Assembly: GCA_028716565.1 (NCBI GenBank)
Contig: JAQUPL010000001.1
Coordinates: 211,545 to 275,544 of the forward strand
Direction of reading: 5' to 3'
DNA length: 64,000 nt
Origin: Candidatus Omnitrophota bacterium
Lineage (GTDB): Bacteria; Omnitrophota; Gorgyraeia; Pluralincolimonadales; Pluralincolimonadaceae
A program made the translations under genes and the position numbers. Numbering within the stretch: the stretch's first letter is position 1; the number at the start of each line of letters is the position of its first letter. Positions 43,089-54,500 of the stretch are shown one piece after another. Under the pieces are notes generated by a model, which made no database searches, was not told the origin of the DNA, and was given only the letters and a program-made list of their open reading frames with translations.

Positions 43089-44879
43089 TTAGAGTTTAAG
43101 GACCGCCATAAAGGCTTCCTGCGGTATCTCGACTTTTCCGAACTGCTTCATGCGTTTCTTGCCTTCTTTTTGCTTCTCCCAGAGTTTGCGTTTTCTCGAT
43201 ATGTCGCCGCCGTAGCACTTCGCGGTGACGTTTTTTCCGACCGGCCTGACCGTCTCCCTGGCGATTATCTTGCTTCCTATCGCCGCCTGGAGCGCTACCT
43301 CGAACAACTGCCTGGGGATAAGCTCCTTCAATTTAGTGACGAGCTGGTTGCCCTTCGTATGCGCGTTGTCCTTATGGATAATGAACGAGAGCGCGTCGCA
43401 CGGTTTGCCGTTTATAAGTATGTCGAGCTTCACGAGGTCGCTCGCTATATATTCCTTGAACTCGTAATCCAGCGAGCCGTAGCCCCGGGTCATCGATTTT
43501 ATTTTATCATAAAAATCCACAATAATCTCGGATAAAGGGAACTCATAGATGAGCATCGCCCTTGTCGGGTCGAGATACTCGGTCGATTTGTATATCCCCC
43601 TTCTCTCCTGGCATAACTGCATCACGTTCCCGAGCGAATCCGATGGCGATATGACGAACGCCCTTATGAACGGCTCCTCGATCTCGTCGATCTCCTGCGG
43701 GGCCGGGAGCTTGCTCGGGTTCTCGATCTCGACCGTCTCGCCATTGGTCTTTATGACTTTATATACGACGCTAGGCGTGGTCGCGATGAGGTTAAGGTTA
43801 TATTCCCTTTCAAGGCGTTCCTGTATGATCTCCATGTGAAGAAGGCCGAGGAAACCGCAGCGGAATCCGAACCCGAAAGATACGGAGGACTCGACTTCAT
43901 ATATAAAGGAAGCGTCGCTCAGTTCCATCTTTTCCAGCGCGTCCCTGAGGAACGGGAAGTCCTTTGCGTTTACCGGGTAGAGGCCGCAGAAGACGAGAGG
44001 CCTTACTTTCTTATATCCGGGGAGCGCATCGGCCGCCGGCCTCCTGAAATCAGTTACCGTATCACCGACATGGACCTCTTTTGGCACCTTGATATTACAG
44101 GTGATGTAGCCGACCTCTCCGACCGAGAGTTCATCGACAGCGACAGGCGCAGGCTTGAATACGCCCACCTCTTCTATGTCGTAGACGCGGCCGGTGCCCA
44201 TCATCTTGATCTTCATTCCCTTCCTGATCGTCCCGTTCTTGAGCCTTATATATACGACGACGCCCTTGAACGTATCGAACGCCGAGTCGATTATAAGCGC
44301 CTGCAGGGGGTTTTCTGTTTCGCCCTTCGGAGCCGGTATTTTGTCGACGATCGCCTGTATTATCTCGTCTACGCCTATCCCCGATTTAGCGCTGGCCATT
44401 ATCGGCTCTATCTCAGTCAAATGGAGCGTATCCTTGAGTTGCTGGACCACCCTATCCGGTTCGGCGCTCGGCAGGTCTATCTTGTTTATTACGGGGATGA
44501 TGACGAGGTTGTGTTCCCGCGCGAGATAGAGGTTGGCGACTGTCTGGGCCTCGACGCCCTGCGCCGCGTCGACGACGAGAAGCACACCCTCGCATGCGGC
44601 AAGCGCTTTTGAGACTTCGTAGGTGAAATCGACGTGGCCGGGCGTATCGATGAGGTTGAGGATGTAATCCTTCCCTCCGGCCGAATGGTTTAACCTTACG
44701 GCTTTGGCCTTGATGGTGATGCCGCGCTCCCTCTCAAGGTCCATACCGTCGAGCATCTGGTCGTGGAATTCCCTCTGGGAGATAGCCCCTGTCTTCAGGA
44801 GCAGCCTGTCGGCTAAGGTCGATTTCCCGTGGTCTATATGCGCGATGATGCAGAAATTGCGGATTAACGACTTATCCAT
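43089..44879 (-). CDS. lepA: translation elongation factor 4 (LepA)
   Basis: 596 aa; [23 protein letters not shown]-domain and the LepA C-terminal domain. Confidence 0.96.
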   Translation of the reverse strand: MDKSLIRNFCIIAHIDHGKSTLADRLLLKTGAISQREFHDQMLDGMDLERERGITIKAKAVRLNHSAGGKDYILNLIDTPGHVDFTYEVSKALAACEGVLLVVDAAQGVEAQTVANLYLAREHNLVIIPVINKIDLPSAEPDRVVQQLKDTLHLTEIEPIMASAKSGIGVDEIIQAIVDKIPAPKGETENPLQALIIDSAFDTFKGVVVYIRLKNGTIRKGMKIKMMGTGRVYDIEEVGVFKPAPVAVDELSVGEVGYITCNIKVPKEVHVGDTVTDFRRPAADALPGYKKVRPLVFCGLYPVNAKDFPFLRDALEKMELSDASFIYEVESSVSFGFGFRCGFLGLLHMEIIQERLEREYNLNLIATTPSVVYKVIKTNGETVEIENPSKLPAPQEIDEIEEPFIRAFVISPSDSLGNVMQLCQERRGIYKSTEYLDPTRAMLIYEFPLSEIIVDFYDKIKSMTRGYGSLDYEFKEYIASDLVKLDILINGKPCDALSFIIHKDNAHTKGNQLVTKLKELIPRQLFEVALQAAIGSKIIARETVRPVGKNVTAKCYGGDISRKRKLWEKQKEGKKRMKQFGKVEIPQEAFMAVLKL

Positions 44880-46342
44880 TATTTGATCGTTTTGGACATC
44901 CTGTCGACTATGGCGATGAGGTCCTTGGCTTCCTTGTCGGTATGAGCCTCGCTGTAGACCCTGAGGATCGGTTCTGTGCCCGAAGGCCTTATCAGGAGCC
45001 AGCTCTCGTCGTCGAAGATGAATTTCAGGCCGTCGTAGGTCTTTATGTCGACGATCTTACGCTTGAATATCTTTTCTGAGCTTTTTCCCCGCTGATGCGG
45101 GACTTCGCCCTGCAGTTTCGAGAAGAGGACCTTGACGACTTTTTCCCTGGTCTTAAGCGGTATCTCGACGTCCTGCCTGTGATACCTGAATTTGCCGAAC
45201 TTCTTTTCCATATTTTCTATAAGTTCGAGTATGGGCTTCTTCTCCTGCTGCATCATCTCGACGAGCAAGAGCCCGGTCAATATGCCGTCCCTTTCCGGGA
45301 TGTAGTTCTTCACGCCTATGCCGCCCGATTCCTCCCCGCCGACCAGGACGTTCTCGCGCTGCATCAGTTTCGCGATGTGCTTGAAGCCGACCGGCGTCTC
45401 GAAGAATTTCAGGTTATAATACTTCGCTATCTTGTTCATGAGCATCGGTCCGGCTATATTCTTGACGAGCGCCCCTCTCCAACGCCTGTTCTCTATGAAA
45501 TGCAGGGCGATAAGGCACATTATCTCTCCCGGGTTAATGAACCTTCCGCCCGGGGCGACCGCGCCTACCCTATCTGCGTCGCCGTCGGTGGCCAGGCCTA
45601 TGTCGTACCTGCCCCTCTTCATGATCTCCATCAGTTTTGGCATGTTATGCGGGAGTGGCTCAGGCTTCAGCCCTTCGAATGAAGGGTTCGGCTCGGCATT
45701 GATAGTATCTATTTTTACCTTAGTGCCTTTTAAGACGGCCGCGTGATAACTGTTCCCGGCCCCGTGCATCGCCTCCGCCACCACTTTGAGGCCGCAGTTC
45801 TTCAAAAGGTCCAGGTCGAGATATTTCCGGACCGCGTCGAGATATTTCGGCATCGGGTTTATCACCTCGACCTTCTTTGTCCTGACGGCCTCTTCGAGCG
45901 ATACGGTCTTTACCTTATTCTTGTATAGGAAGGCCTCGACCTTATGGGTCACGGTCTGGTCCGCAGGAGAGCCGAACGGCGTCTTTATCTTGAGCCCGCT
46001 GAACCTTCCCGGGTTATGGCTCGCGGTGATGATGAGCCCTCCGTTCAAACCCAGCAGCCTTATATTGTAGCTTGTCGTCGGCGTAGGCGACGGCCTGTCA
46101 GAGAGATATGTCTTTATGCCGTTGGCGGCCAAAACCTCTGCTACGGCCTGGGCGAATTTATCGGATATGAAACGGGTATCGTAGCCGATTATGATACGGC
46201 GCGGGGCCTTGAATTCCTTATTGAAATGATCTGCGCATGCCTGCGCCACTATCCGCACATTCTCAAAAGTGAAATCCTCGGCTATCAGGCCTCTCCAGCC
46301 GTCTGTCCCGAATTTGATCTTCGATTCCTCTGCCTTCTTCAT
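44879..46342 (-). CDS. phosphoglucomutase/phosphomannomutase family protein
   Basis: 487 aa; KFGTDGWRG, active-site [13 protein letters not shown], and metal-binding DGDADR. Confidence 0.85.
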   Translation of the reverse strand: MKKAEESKIKFGTDGWRGLIAEDFTFENVRIVAQACADHFNKEFKAPRRIIIGYDTRFISDKFAQAVAEVLAANGIKTYLSDRPSPTPTTSYNIRLLGLNGGLIITASHNPGRFSGLKIKTPFGSPADQTVTHKVEAFLYKNKVKTVSLEEAVRTKKVEVINPMPKYLDAVRKYLDLDLLKNCGLKVVAEAMHGAGNSYHAAVLKGTKVKIDTINAEPNPSFEGLKPEPLPHNMPKLMEIMKRGRYDIGLATDGDADRVGAVAPGGRFINPGEIMCLIALHFIENRRWRGALVKNIAGPMLMNKIAKYYNLKFFETPVGFKHIAKLMQRENVLVGGEESGGIGVKNYIPERDGILTGLLLVEMMQQEKKPILELIENMEKKFGKFRYHRQDVEIPLKTREKVVKVLFSKLQGEVPHQRGKSSEKIFKRKIVDIKTYDGLKFIFDDESWLLIRPSGTEPILRVYSEAHTDKEAKDLIAIVDRMSKTIK

Positions 46343-46366
46343 CTTATCTCCTATTTTGTTTGCTGC

Positions 46367-47638
46367 TCACCCGATATGCAGGACTTCAGAAATATTTTTT
46401 TCCCCGGACTTGTCCGCGGTCCCTATGACGGCCATATTCAGGCGCCGGTCAACGAATACGCGCCCGGCGACCCGCCTGACGTCATCAGGAGTTATTTTTT
46501 CGATCTCGGCGACGACTTCCTGCGGCGCGGGGATCTTACTTTCCGCCGAAAGATGCTCGCCCATCCATAACATCTGGTCAAGCGTATCCTCCAACCCCAG
46601 GAGAAGCTGGCCTTTATAGAACTCGCGGGCGCGCTCGAACTCATCCTTGCCCACGGTCTTCTCTTTTATCTTTTTAAGTTCCTTCATTATAAGTTCGGTG
46701 GCTTTTATCACATTTTTGTTGTCGAGCCCGGCTGAGATGAGAAAAGCGCCGGTATCGTTCAATTTTTTGGTGTGGGTATTTATTTCGTATGCCAGGCCCC
46801 GTTTCTCGCGGATCTCCTTAAAGAGCCTGCTCGACATATTGCCGCCCAGGATAATATTCAGTATCGTCAGGGCGTATTTATCGGGATCGCCGCGGCCGAA
46901 AGCGCGGATCCCTATCGCGAGGTGCGCCTGCTCTGTTTCTTTCGAGAGCGACTTAAAATTCGGCCTCTTCTGCGCCTCCGAGGCATTTTTATATGAGGAT
47001 TTTATTCCGGGCCGCGCGGCAGCCAGGTATTTTTCGCAGGATGAGAAGAACCTGTCCGAATCAAGGTTCCCGGAGGCTGAGACTACTATATTTGCGGGAT
47101 TATAATATTTATTTTTATAACCGGATATATCGGTTCTCTTCATATCCGAGACGGTCTCGACCGTGCCGGCGAGGTTCCTGCCGAGAGGCTGGTCCGGCCA
47201 GAGCAATTCCACAAGCATCTCCTGGACGTGGTGGTTCGGAAGGTCCATGTAAAGTTTGATCTCTTCCTTGATCACCGTCTTTTCCTTTTTAATATCGCCG
47301 GGATCGAGTTTTGCGTTCAGGACCATGTCCGAGAGGATGTCGAGGGCAATGTCCATATCCCTGCTTAAGACCTTGACGAGATAGCAGGTGAATTCCTCGG
47401 AGGTGAAGCCGTTCATCGCCCCGCCTCTACCTTCGATAGCCTCTTTTATATCGTCATTCGTCCTCTTCTTGGTCCCCTTGAAAAGAAGGTGCTCCAGGAA
47501 ATGAGATACGCCGCTTACCGCCTTCGTCTCGTAACGCGCCCCGACGTTAAGCCAGATGCCTATAGAGATAGAATCCCTGTTAGAGATCTCCTTGACCACG
47601 AACCGCGCGCCGTTGTCGAGGGTCTTGAATTTATACAT
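46367..47638 (-). CDS. M16 family zinc metallopeptidase (insulinase-like)
   Basis: 423 aa; inverted zinc motif HFLEHLLFKGT (HxxEH). Confidence 0.88.
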   Translation of the reverse strand: MYKFKTLDNGARFVVKEISNRDSISIGIWLNVGARYETKAVSGVSHFLEHLLFKGTKKRTNDDIKEAIEGRGGAMNGFTSEEFTCYLVKVLSRDMDIALDILSDMVLNAKLDPGDIKKEKTVIKEEIKLYMDLPNHHVQEMLVELLWPDQPLGRNLAGTVETVSDMKRTDISGYKNKYYNPANIVVSASGNLDSDRFFSSCEKYLAAARPGIKSSYKNASEAQKRPNFKSLSKETEQAHLAIGIRAFGRGDPDKYALTILNIILGGNMSSRLFKEIREKRGLAYEINTHTKKLNDTGAFLISAGLDNKNVIKATELIMKELKKIKEKTVGKDEFERAREFYKGQLLLGLEDTLDQMLWMGEHLSAESKIPAPQEVVAEIEKITPDDVRRVAGRVFVDRRLNMAVIGTADKSGEKNISEVLHIG

Positions 47639-48056
47639 TATGCTTCAGCCTTTCGAGGTATGATTCGAGGATCAGTTGCGCGGCCATCTTGTCTATGACG
47701 CTCTTCCGTTTCTTTCTCGATACATCGGCGGATATCAGGAATTTTTCGCTCTCTTTAGTGGAAAGCCTCTCGTCGTAGGTATAGACCGGGATCGAGAGGC
47801 GGCCCTTGAGGGTCTCGACGAATTCGTTCACCTTTTCGGCGCTCTTTCCTTTAGTCCCGTCCATATTTATCGGCATGCCCACGACCACCGACTCGGCCTT
47901 GTATTCCCCGACGATCTTCTCTATCTCTTTCAGGTCGGTCTCAGGGTCTTTCCTTGTTATGACGGTCACACCCTGGGCTATTATGCCGAGCGGGTCGCTT
48001 ACCGCAACCCCTATCCTTTTCTCTCCGGCGTCCAGCGCCAACACTCTCATAGGCAT
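47631..48056 (-). CDS. ruvX: Holliday junction resolvase-like nuclease RuvX/YqgF
   Basis: 141 aa; MRVLALDAGEKRIGVAVSD RNase H-like fold. Confidence 0.9.
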   Translation of the reverse strand: MPMRVLALDAGEKRIGVAVSDPLGIIAQGVTVITRKDPETDLKEIEKIVGEYKAESVVVGMPINMDGTKGKSAEKVNEFVETLKGRLSIPVYTYDERLSTKESEKFLISADVSRKKRKSVIDKMAAQLILESYLERLKHNV

Positions 48057-49141
48057 TTCTTAAGGTCCTTGTCCGATTTCATGAGCCCGACAAGCCTCTT
48101 GACGTCCTGCGCCCTGTCGCGGCTGCAGACGAGCACGCAGTCGCCGTCGCGGACCACTATAATATCGGATACGCCTATTGTCCCGATTATGCCCTGCGAG
48201 GATACTATCACCGAATTTTTAGTGTCTATCTCCTTGTGGGACCCGATCGTGAAATTGCCGTCCTTGTCTGTCGTGAGATGGCGCGCGAGCGAATCCCAGG
48301 AGCCGAGGTCGTCCCAGTAGAACTTCCCTTCGACCGCGAATATCCTCTTCTCTTTTTCAAGGACGCCGTAGTCTATCGAGATCTCCTCGAGGTTGGGATA
48401 GACGCTGTTAAGTTTCCCGTAAAAGCTGAAATGGCCGATGCTCGGTTCCAATAGCTGCAGTCCGAGATACAGCCTCGGCAGGTTCTCCTTTATCGCGTCG
48501 AGGATGCTCGTCGCTTTCCATATGAACATGCCGCTGTTCCAATAATACCTCTTCTCCTTCAGGAATTTCATCGCGTTCCGGAGGCTGGGTTTTTCGACGA
48601 ACGCCATTACCCTGTGGACCTTCGCCTTCAGGCCCGGGCCTTTTATCCTGAACTGGCCGCTTGTGTCTATCCTCAGGTAGCCGTATCCTGTCGCCGGGAA
48701 AGTAGGTTTTACGCCGATCGTCACAAGGCCGTTAGATGCCTCGGCGACCTTCACTCCGGTCAAAAGCGCGTCTATGAATTTATCCTTATCCTTTATGAGG
48801 TGGTCCGAAGGCAGGACGATCATCGTCGCCTGGGGATCAAGTTTCTTAATTATCATCGCGGCGAGCCCGCATGCCGCCGCGGTATTTTTCGCGGCCGGCT
48901 CGGCGATTATGTTCTTTATGGACGGCAGGTCGGCTTTTATCGAGCCCAATTGCTCCTTGTTCGTTATGACGTATATCCTCTCATTGGGCACTATGGACCC
49001 TATCCTGTCTACAGTCTCCTGGATAAGGGAACGCCTGCCCATGAGCTTAAGCGTCTGCTTCGGGGTCTTTGCCCTGCTCTTAGGCCAGAACCTCTCTCCT
49101 CTTCCGCCGGCGATAATTACCGCATAGATATTTTTATTAAT
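48047..49141 (-). CDS. manC: mannose-1-phosphate guanylyltransferase (nucleotidyltransferase-only form); proposed non-canonical ATT start at 49141
   Basis: The six-frame ORF begins at the internal Met at 49042. The 33 codons immediately upstream and in frame encode the family's N-terminal motif (NKNIYAVIIAGGRGERFWPKSRAKTPKQTLKL). There is no ATG/GTG/TTG between the in-frame TAG (49156..49154) and that Met. ATT at 49141..49139 is preceded by GGAGG at a 6-nt spacing and overlaps the trpA stop (ATTAA). Confidence 0.75.
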   Translation of the reverse strand: MNKNIYAVIIAGGRGERFWPKSRAKTPKQTLKLMGRRSLIQETVDRIGSIVPNERIYVITNKEQLGSIKADLPSIKNIIAEPAAKNTAAACGLAAMIIKKLDPQATMIVLPSDHLIKDKDKFIDALLTGVKVAEASNGLVTIGVKPTFPATGYGYLRIDTSGQFRIKGPGLKAKVHRVMAFVEKPSLRNAMKFLKEKRYYWNSGMFIWKATSILDAIKENLPRLYLGLQLLEPSIGHFSFYGKLNSVYPNLEEISIDYGVLEKEKRIFAVEGKFYWDDLGSWDSLARHLTTDKDGNFTIGSHKEIDTKNSVIVSSQGIIGTIGVSDIIVVRDGDCVLVCSRDRAQDVKRLVGLMKSDKDLKKCL

Positions 49142-49931
49142 GGGAGGCCTCCGCTAATTTTTGGACGTAGTCGCCTACGCGTATTATGAAATCCTTGCGT
49201 TTAGAGTCCTTCTCTATCTCTTTAACGATCGCCGAGCCGACGATGACGCCGTCGGCGACCCTGGCTATCTCGCGGACCTGCCCAGGCCTGGAGACGCCGA
49301 ACCCGACGCAGACAGGTTTATCCGAATACCTTTTTATCAGGCGGACGCGGGATGCGAGCTCTTTCGGGAGGTTCGCCCGCGCGCCGGTGATACCGGTGAG
49401 TGAGACGTAATAAATGAAACCTTTCGATCCCTTCGAGACTAGCCTGATCCTGTCGGGCGTGCTCGTCGGGCTTAATAAAAATATCGTGGCGAAATCCCTC
49501 TTCTTGGCTTCAGCTACCAGGTCTTCCGCCTCATCCGGCGGCAGGTCCGGGATGATGACACCGTCGACGCCGTTTCCCGAGCAATCCGAGACGAATTTCT
49601 TCAATCCGTATTTCAGGACCGGGTTATAGTATCCCATGAGGATTACAGGTATCTCCGTGGAGTTCCTTAACCCTTTGACGAGCTTGATTATATCTTTTAG
49701 CTTTGTGCCGCGTTTCAGGGCGCGCTCGGACGAGGCTTGTATAACCTGGCCGTCGGCGACCGGGTCGGAGAAAGGCACGCCGAGCTCTATGATGTCGACC
49801 CCGCGCTTATCGAATTCAAGCACGAGTTTTTTCGTAGTCGAAAGGCCGAAATCCCCGGCCGTAAAGAACGCGACCAGCGCCTTTTGCTTTTTCTTTCTAA
49901 GTTCCCTGAATTTTTTATCTATTCTGTTCAC
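49137..49931 (-). CDS. trpA: tryptophan synthase alpha chain
   Basis: 264 aa; VAFFTAGDFG...ELGVPFSDPVADGQVIQ. Confidence 0.94.
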   Translation of the reverse strand: MNRIDKKFRELRKKKQKALVAFFTAGDFGLSTTKKLVLEFDKRGVDIIELGVPFSDPVADGQVIQASSERALKRGTKLKDIIKLVKGLRNSTEIPVILMGYYNPVLKYGLKKFVSDCSGNGVDGVIIPDLPPDEAEDLVAEAKKRDFATIFLLSPTSTPDRIRLVSKGSKGFIYYVSLTGITGARANLPKELASRVRLIKRYSDKPVCVGFGVSRPGQVREIARVADGVIVGSAIVKEIEKDSKRKDFIIRVGDYVQKLAEASH

Positions 49932-49989
49932 CCCGCAACCTCTCTATTATTCAAAATTTATTCTCCCGCACTTTATATGAATGCGGGGT

Positions 49990-51180
<1,191 letters not shown>

Positions 51181-51215
51181 GTCATAACCCCTTTATTTTA
51201 AGTAAGTAAACTTAA

Positions 51216-51244
51216 ATATTAGCACAGAGTCCAAGAGTAGTCAA
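51216..51244 (-). promoter_or_regulatory. putative sigma-70 promoter for trpBA (-35 TTGACT, 17-nt spacer, -10 TAATAT)
   Basis: Minus-strand TTGACT at 51244..51239 and TAATAT at 51221..51216. Confidence 0.45.
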
Positions 51245-51263
51245 TTTATAATTAGGGCGGGAC

Positions 51264-51578
51264 CTACTTTGATTTGAGGTTTTTGTCGAGGATCTCTATC
51301 CGCGAATCGGCCTTTTTCTTGTGCTGCAGCGCGAGGCGTTCTTCTATAACAAGGTCAAGCTGTTCTTTCAGCGTATTAGGAGTGATCTTTAATGAAGGAT
51401 TTTCACTGATGCGCAGCGCGAGAGCCATCTTCAGGTCTTTATTGGTAATAGGCTCGCCGTTGACCGTCGCTATGACTTTTTCGACCGGCTGGACGGCAGC
51501 CGGTTTTTCAGCCGGCCTGCCGCAGCCTAACAATAAGAAAGTAGCTAAAAGTAAGAGTATTTTTTTCATTAAATTCAT
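51264..51578 (-). CDS. small lipoprotein with a SurA N-terminal-like chaperone domain
   Basis: 104 aa; lipobox LLGC. VIATVNGEPITNKDLKMALALRI...LKEQLDLVIEERLALQ resembles the SurA_N / PpiD N-terminal helical chaperone module (compare the SurA motif pattern AAVVNNGVVL..L...IMERLIMDQIILQ). Start overlaps the stop of the giant gene by 4 bp. Confidence 0.6.
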   Translation of the reverse strand: MNLMKKILLLLATFLLLGCGRPAEKPAAVQPVEKVIATVNGEPITNKDLKMALALRISENPSLKITPNTLKEQLDLVIEERLALQHKKKADSRIEILDKNLKSK

Positions 51579-54500
51579 GGTGTTAAAACTCCGGCTACCA
51601 CTTCATCAAGTATATACGAGGTTCCATCGTAAGTTATTGAACCGGCGGCTTGACCTGTGGCCGTTGAGCCATTTATCTGACCAAGGATATCTGCAGTATA
51701 TGTGGTTTCAGTTATGTTGGTATATGTATGGTTGAGATAATCGGAAAGGTTAGAAATAGTATCTATCTCTCCTATGACAGGAAGTGCCGACCGAATTAGC
51801 TGACCATAACCGACAAATATTCCAGTATCATATACGCTTAAATCAATACTGCCAGCAATCAAGTTGGCATTTCCGGATACGTCGGTAAGTAATGCGGTAT
51901 AGGTTTCGGTTATCGGGACCTGGACCATATCGGCTAACGCGACTTGGTCAAAACCTAGCGCGCTTGTCGCGATCTCGGCCAAGTCTACCCAATCGCCCTC
52001 CACTTTGGCGTTCCAGGTCGTATCTACATTAGTAATGTCGGAGATGGTGCCGTCTACCATGCCTACCCATAACGTATCTTCTCCCTCCGTGTGCATCCCG
52101 AAAGAAACGCCGTGGAAACCATTTGAGCTCGCGGTCCCAAGTAAATATCCATCGACCACGCCGTCATCATAAGACTTGATGCCTAATGCCAGCCGCCAGT
52201 TTGAATTCTCCTCTATATTTCCTGTGCCTGCCAGCATACCACTGTATGTACCCGTATCAGGCATGCCTTCGGGGATCCCCAGGTTTGTAACCGCTTCTCC
52301 TCCGAACAGGCCGGCCATAAGGACGCCGTTAATATTGCCCCATCCGCTCCCTGCGACATCGATCTCGTTTGTTATTATATGTTCCTCTTTCAGATCGATT
52401 ATCTGTTCATATCTTCCGATGGCGAGCGCCTCCCATCCATCGGTGTCATTATATACGCCGGCGATATTTCCGGATATCTCGCCTAACCTGGTGCCGTAGA
52501 GAGTGACGCCGTTCATCGTCGCCAGGAATCCGTTGTCCGTCCATTCCGACCCTGATATCACAGCGACCCAGGGGCTGCGCCCGTAGATCCTGTCGCCTTC
52601 ACCGGCCAAGACCGAATTCCACGCGCCGGTTGGCAGAGACGCGTAGGCACCGCCCGCCGACGCGCGCCACAGACCCCAGTTTTGGTCACGAAGCTGAATA
52701 TGTTCGCCGCTGACAAAGCCGCTGACGTTGCCGTTTATAACGGCGTCTAAATCGCCGTATTCAAATACTACGTCTATATCATCATTCATCACGTCCATTA
52801 AAAAGAGCTCAGGCGATATATCAGTCTGCTGGCCGGGATAAGCGGTCATATTTCCGTAAGCGTCAAACATGCTTATCGACGGATAGAAAGCGCCGTTGAC
52901 GTAGGCGGGATTACCTGTCCCGTCGGAAGATAACACATACCCGGCGAGATAATCGTCATCGCCGTCGGCGTCAAGATCGCCGGCATTACGGACATAAATG
53001 GCTGCCAGCATGCCTTTAAGCGAGTTATTTAATGTTGTGCCTCCCACAGAACCGTATAGCACAGAGTTCCCGTTGGTGACCGCAACAAAATCCGAACCCC
53101 AGAGATTGTAGTAACCCGCGCCGTCTTCATTGATATCCGGATTATCGTAATTGCCGAGTATCGTGAACTCCGGCGAATTATCCCAGAGCACCCCAGTACT
53201 GCCTAGGACGCCGTTGACATATCCGTAATCGAGCATATCGTAATCGCCGAAATATCCGTCGATCATCATTCCGCCGGTCACAAGCGGTTTCTCCACCCAC
53301 CCGCCTATAGCCGAAAGGGCGAACGTCGAATACCCCTCGCGGTCGTTATATATGCCGCGGGCGTCTCCGAATATCGTCGACATCACGTTTCTTTCAAGGT
53401 CTATGGCGGTGCCGAATACGTCGCCCACTATCTTGTTACCGGAAACGCTGCTGTTCGAGATAGTGACGAGCTCATAATAGTTGTAGTAAGGTTCGTCACC
53501 GTCGTAATAGCCAAGCACAACCGCGCCTTCTTTTGCGTTCCCTTCATACCACGGTTCTCCCCATTCTCCGGCGAGGGTGATGTTGAACAGGCCCCACGGG
53601 TTATTCGCGATATAGTATGAACTTTCGCTCGCTGAGCCATAAACTAAATTAATGCCGTCGAACGATCCTCCGACCATATATTCCGCGTGATAGCCGTCTT
53701 CGGCAAATCTTTCGAAGAGGTCTTCAGGAGAGACTACGGTGCCGCCCATCGCCTGCCGGTATAGCGCGCCTTCAGCCTGCCACATCTCTATTTCATCGTT
53801 GTACCTTCCGTTGATATCGCCGTGAAGCAGGCCGACAGCCCCGTTCGCCGCATAAATGGCCCACATGCTGCCGTCGGACATTGATCCGTCCTTCCAGATG
53901 CCGGCGGAGAAGCCTTTAAAAGCGCCGCCGTCGAGAGTAGTCGAATTATCCAGTTCGGCATTATAGCTTTCTATGGGAGTGTTCCACAACAACGGGTTTT
54001 CTTCCGCGTAATTGTAGAATTTACCCATCGCCAATACCGGGAATGAAGCCTCATTCCACCACTGCTCGACTGTCGAGCCGATCAACCCCCATTCCTCGCC
54101 CGCTTTATCTATATAGCCGTAATTGTCATAGTATAAGCTGCGGACCTCATAACCCCACAGGCCGCTTAGGGTAAGCCGTCCGCCGTTCCAGACACCGGCA
54201 CCGACTCCCAGCCAGTCGCCCTCGCCTTCCCCTTCATATATTCCGAGTATCTTGCCGTCAATATTGCCCATCTTTGTATAGGTGATGAATTTCCCGTGCA
54301 GTTCGGCATCCACATCTTCTATGTAGTCGGATACCTCATCCCACGTCCCGGTCAAATCGGCCATCCAGTATCCGTAATCGTCGTTGAGGTAACCTTCACC
54401 TTCTCCGTCTCCATATTTAAAATAATAGGCGCCGAACGGATCATCCCCGCCCATAACGCCGGACCACGTAGTTTCGGATCCGGGGTCATCGTTTTCAAAC

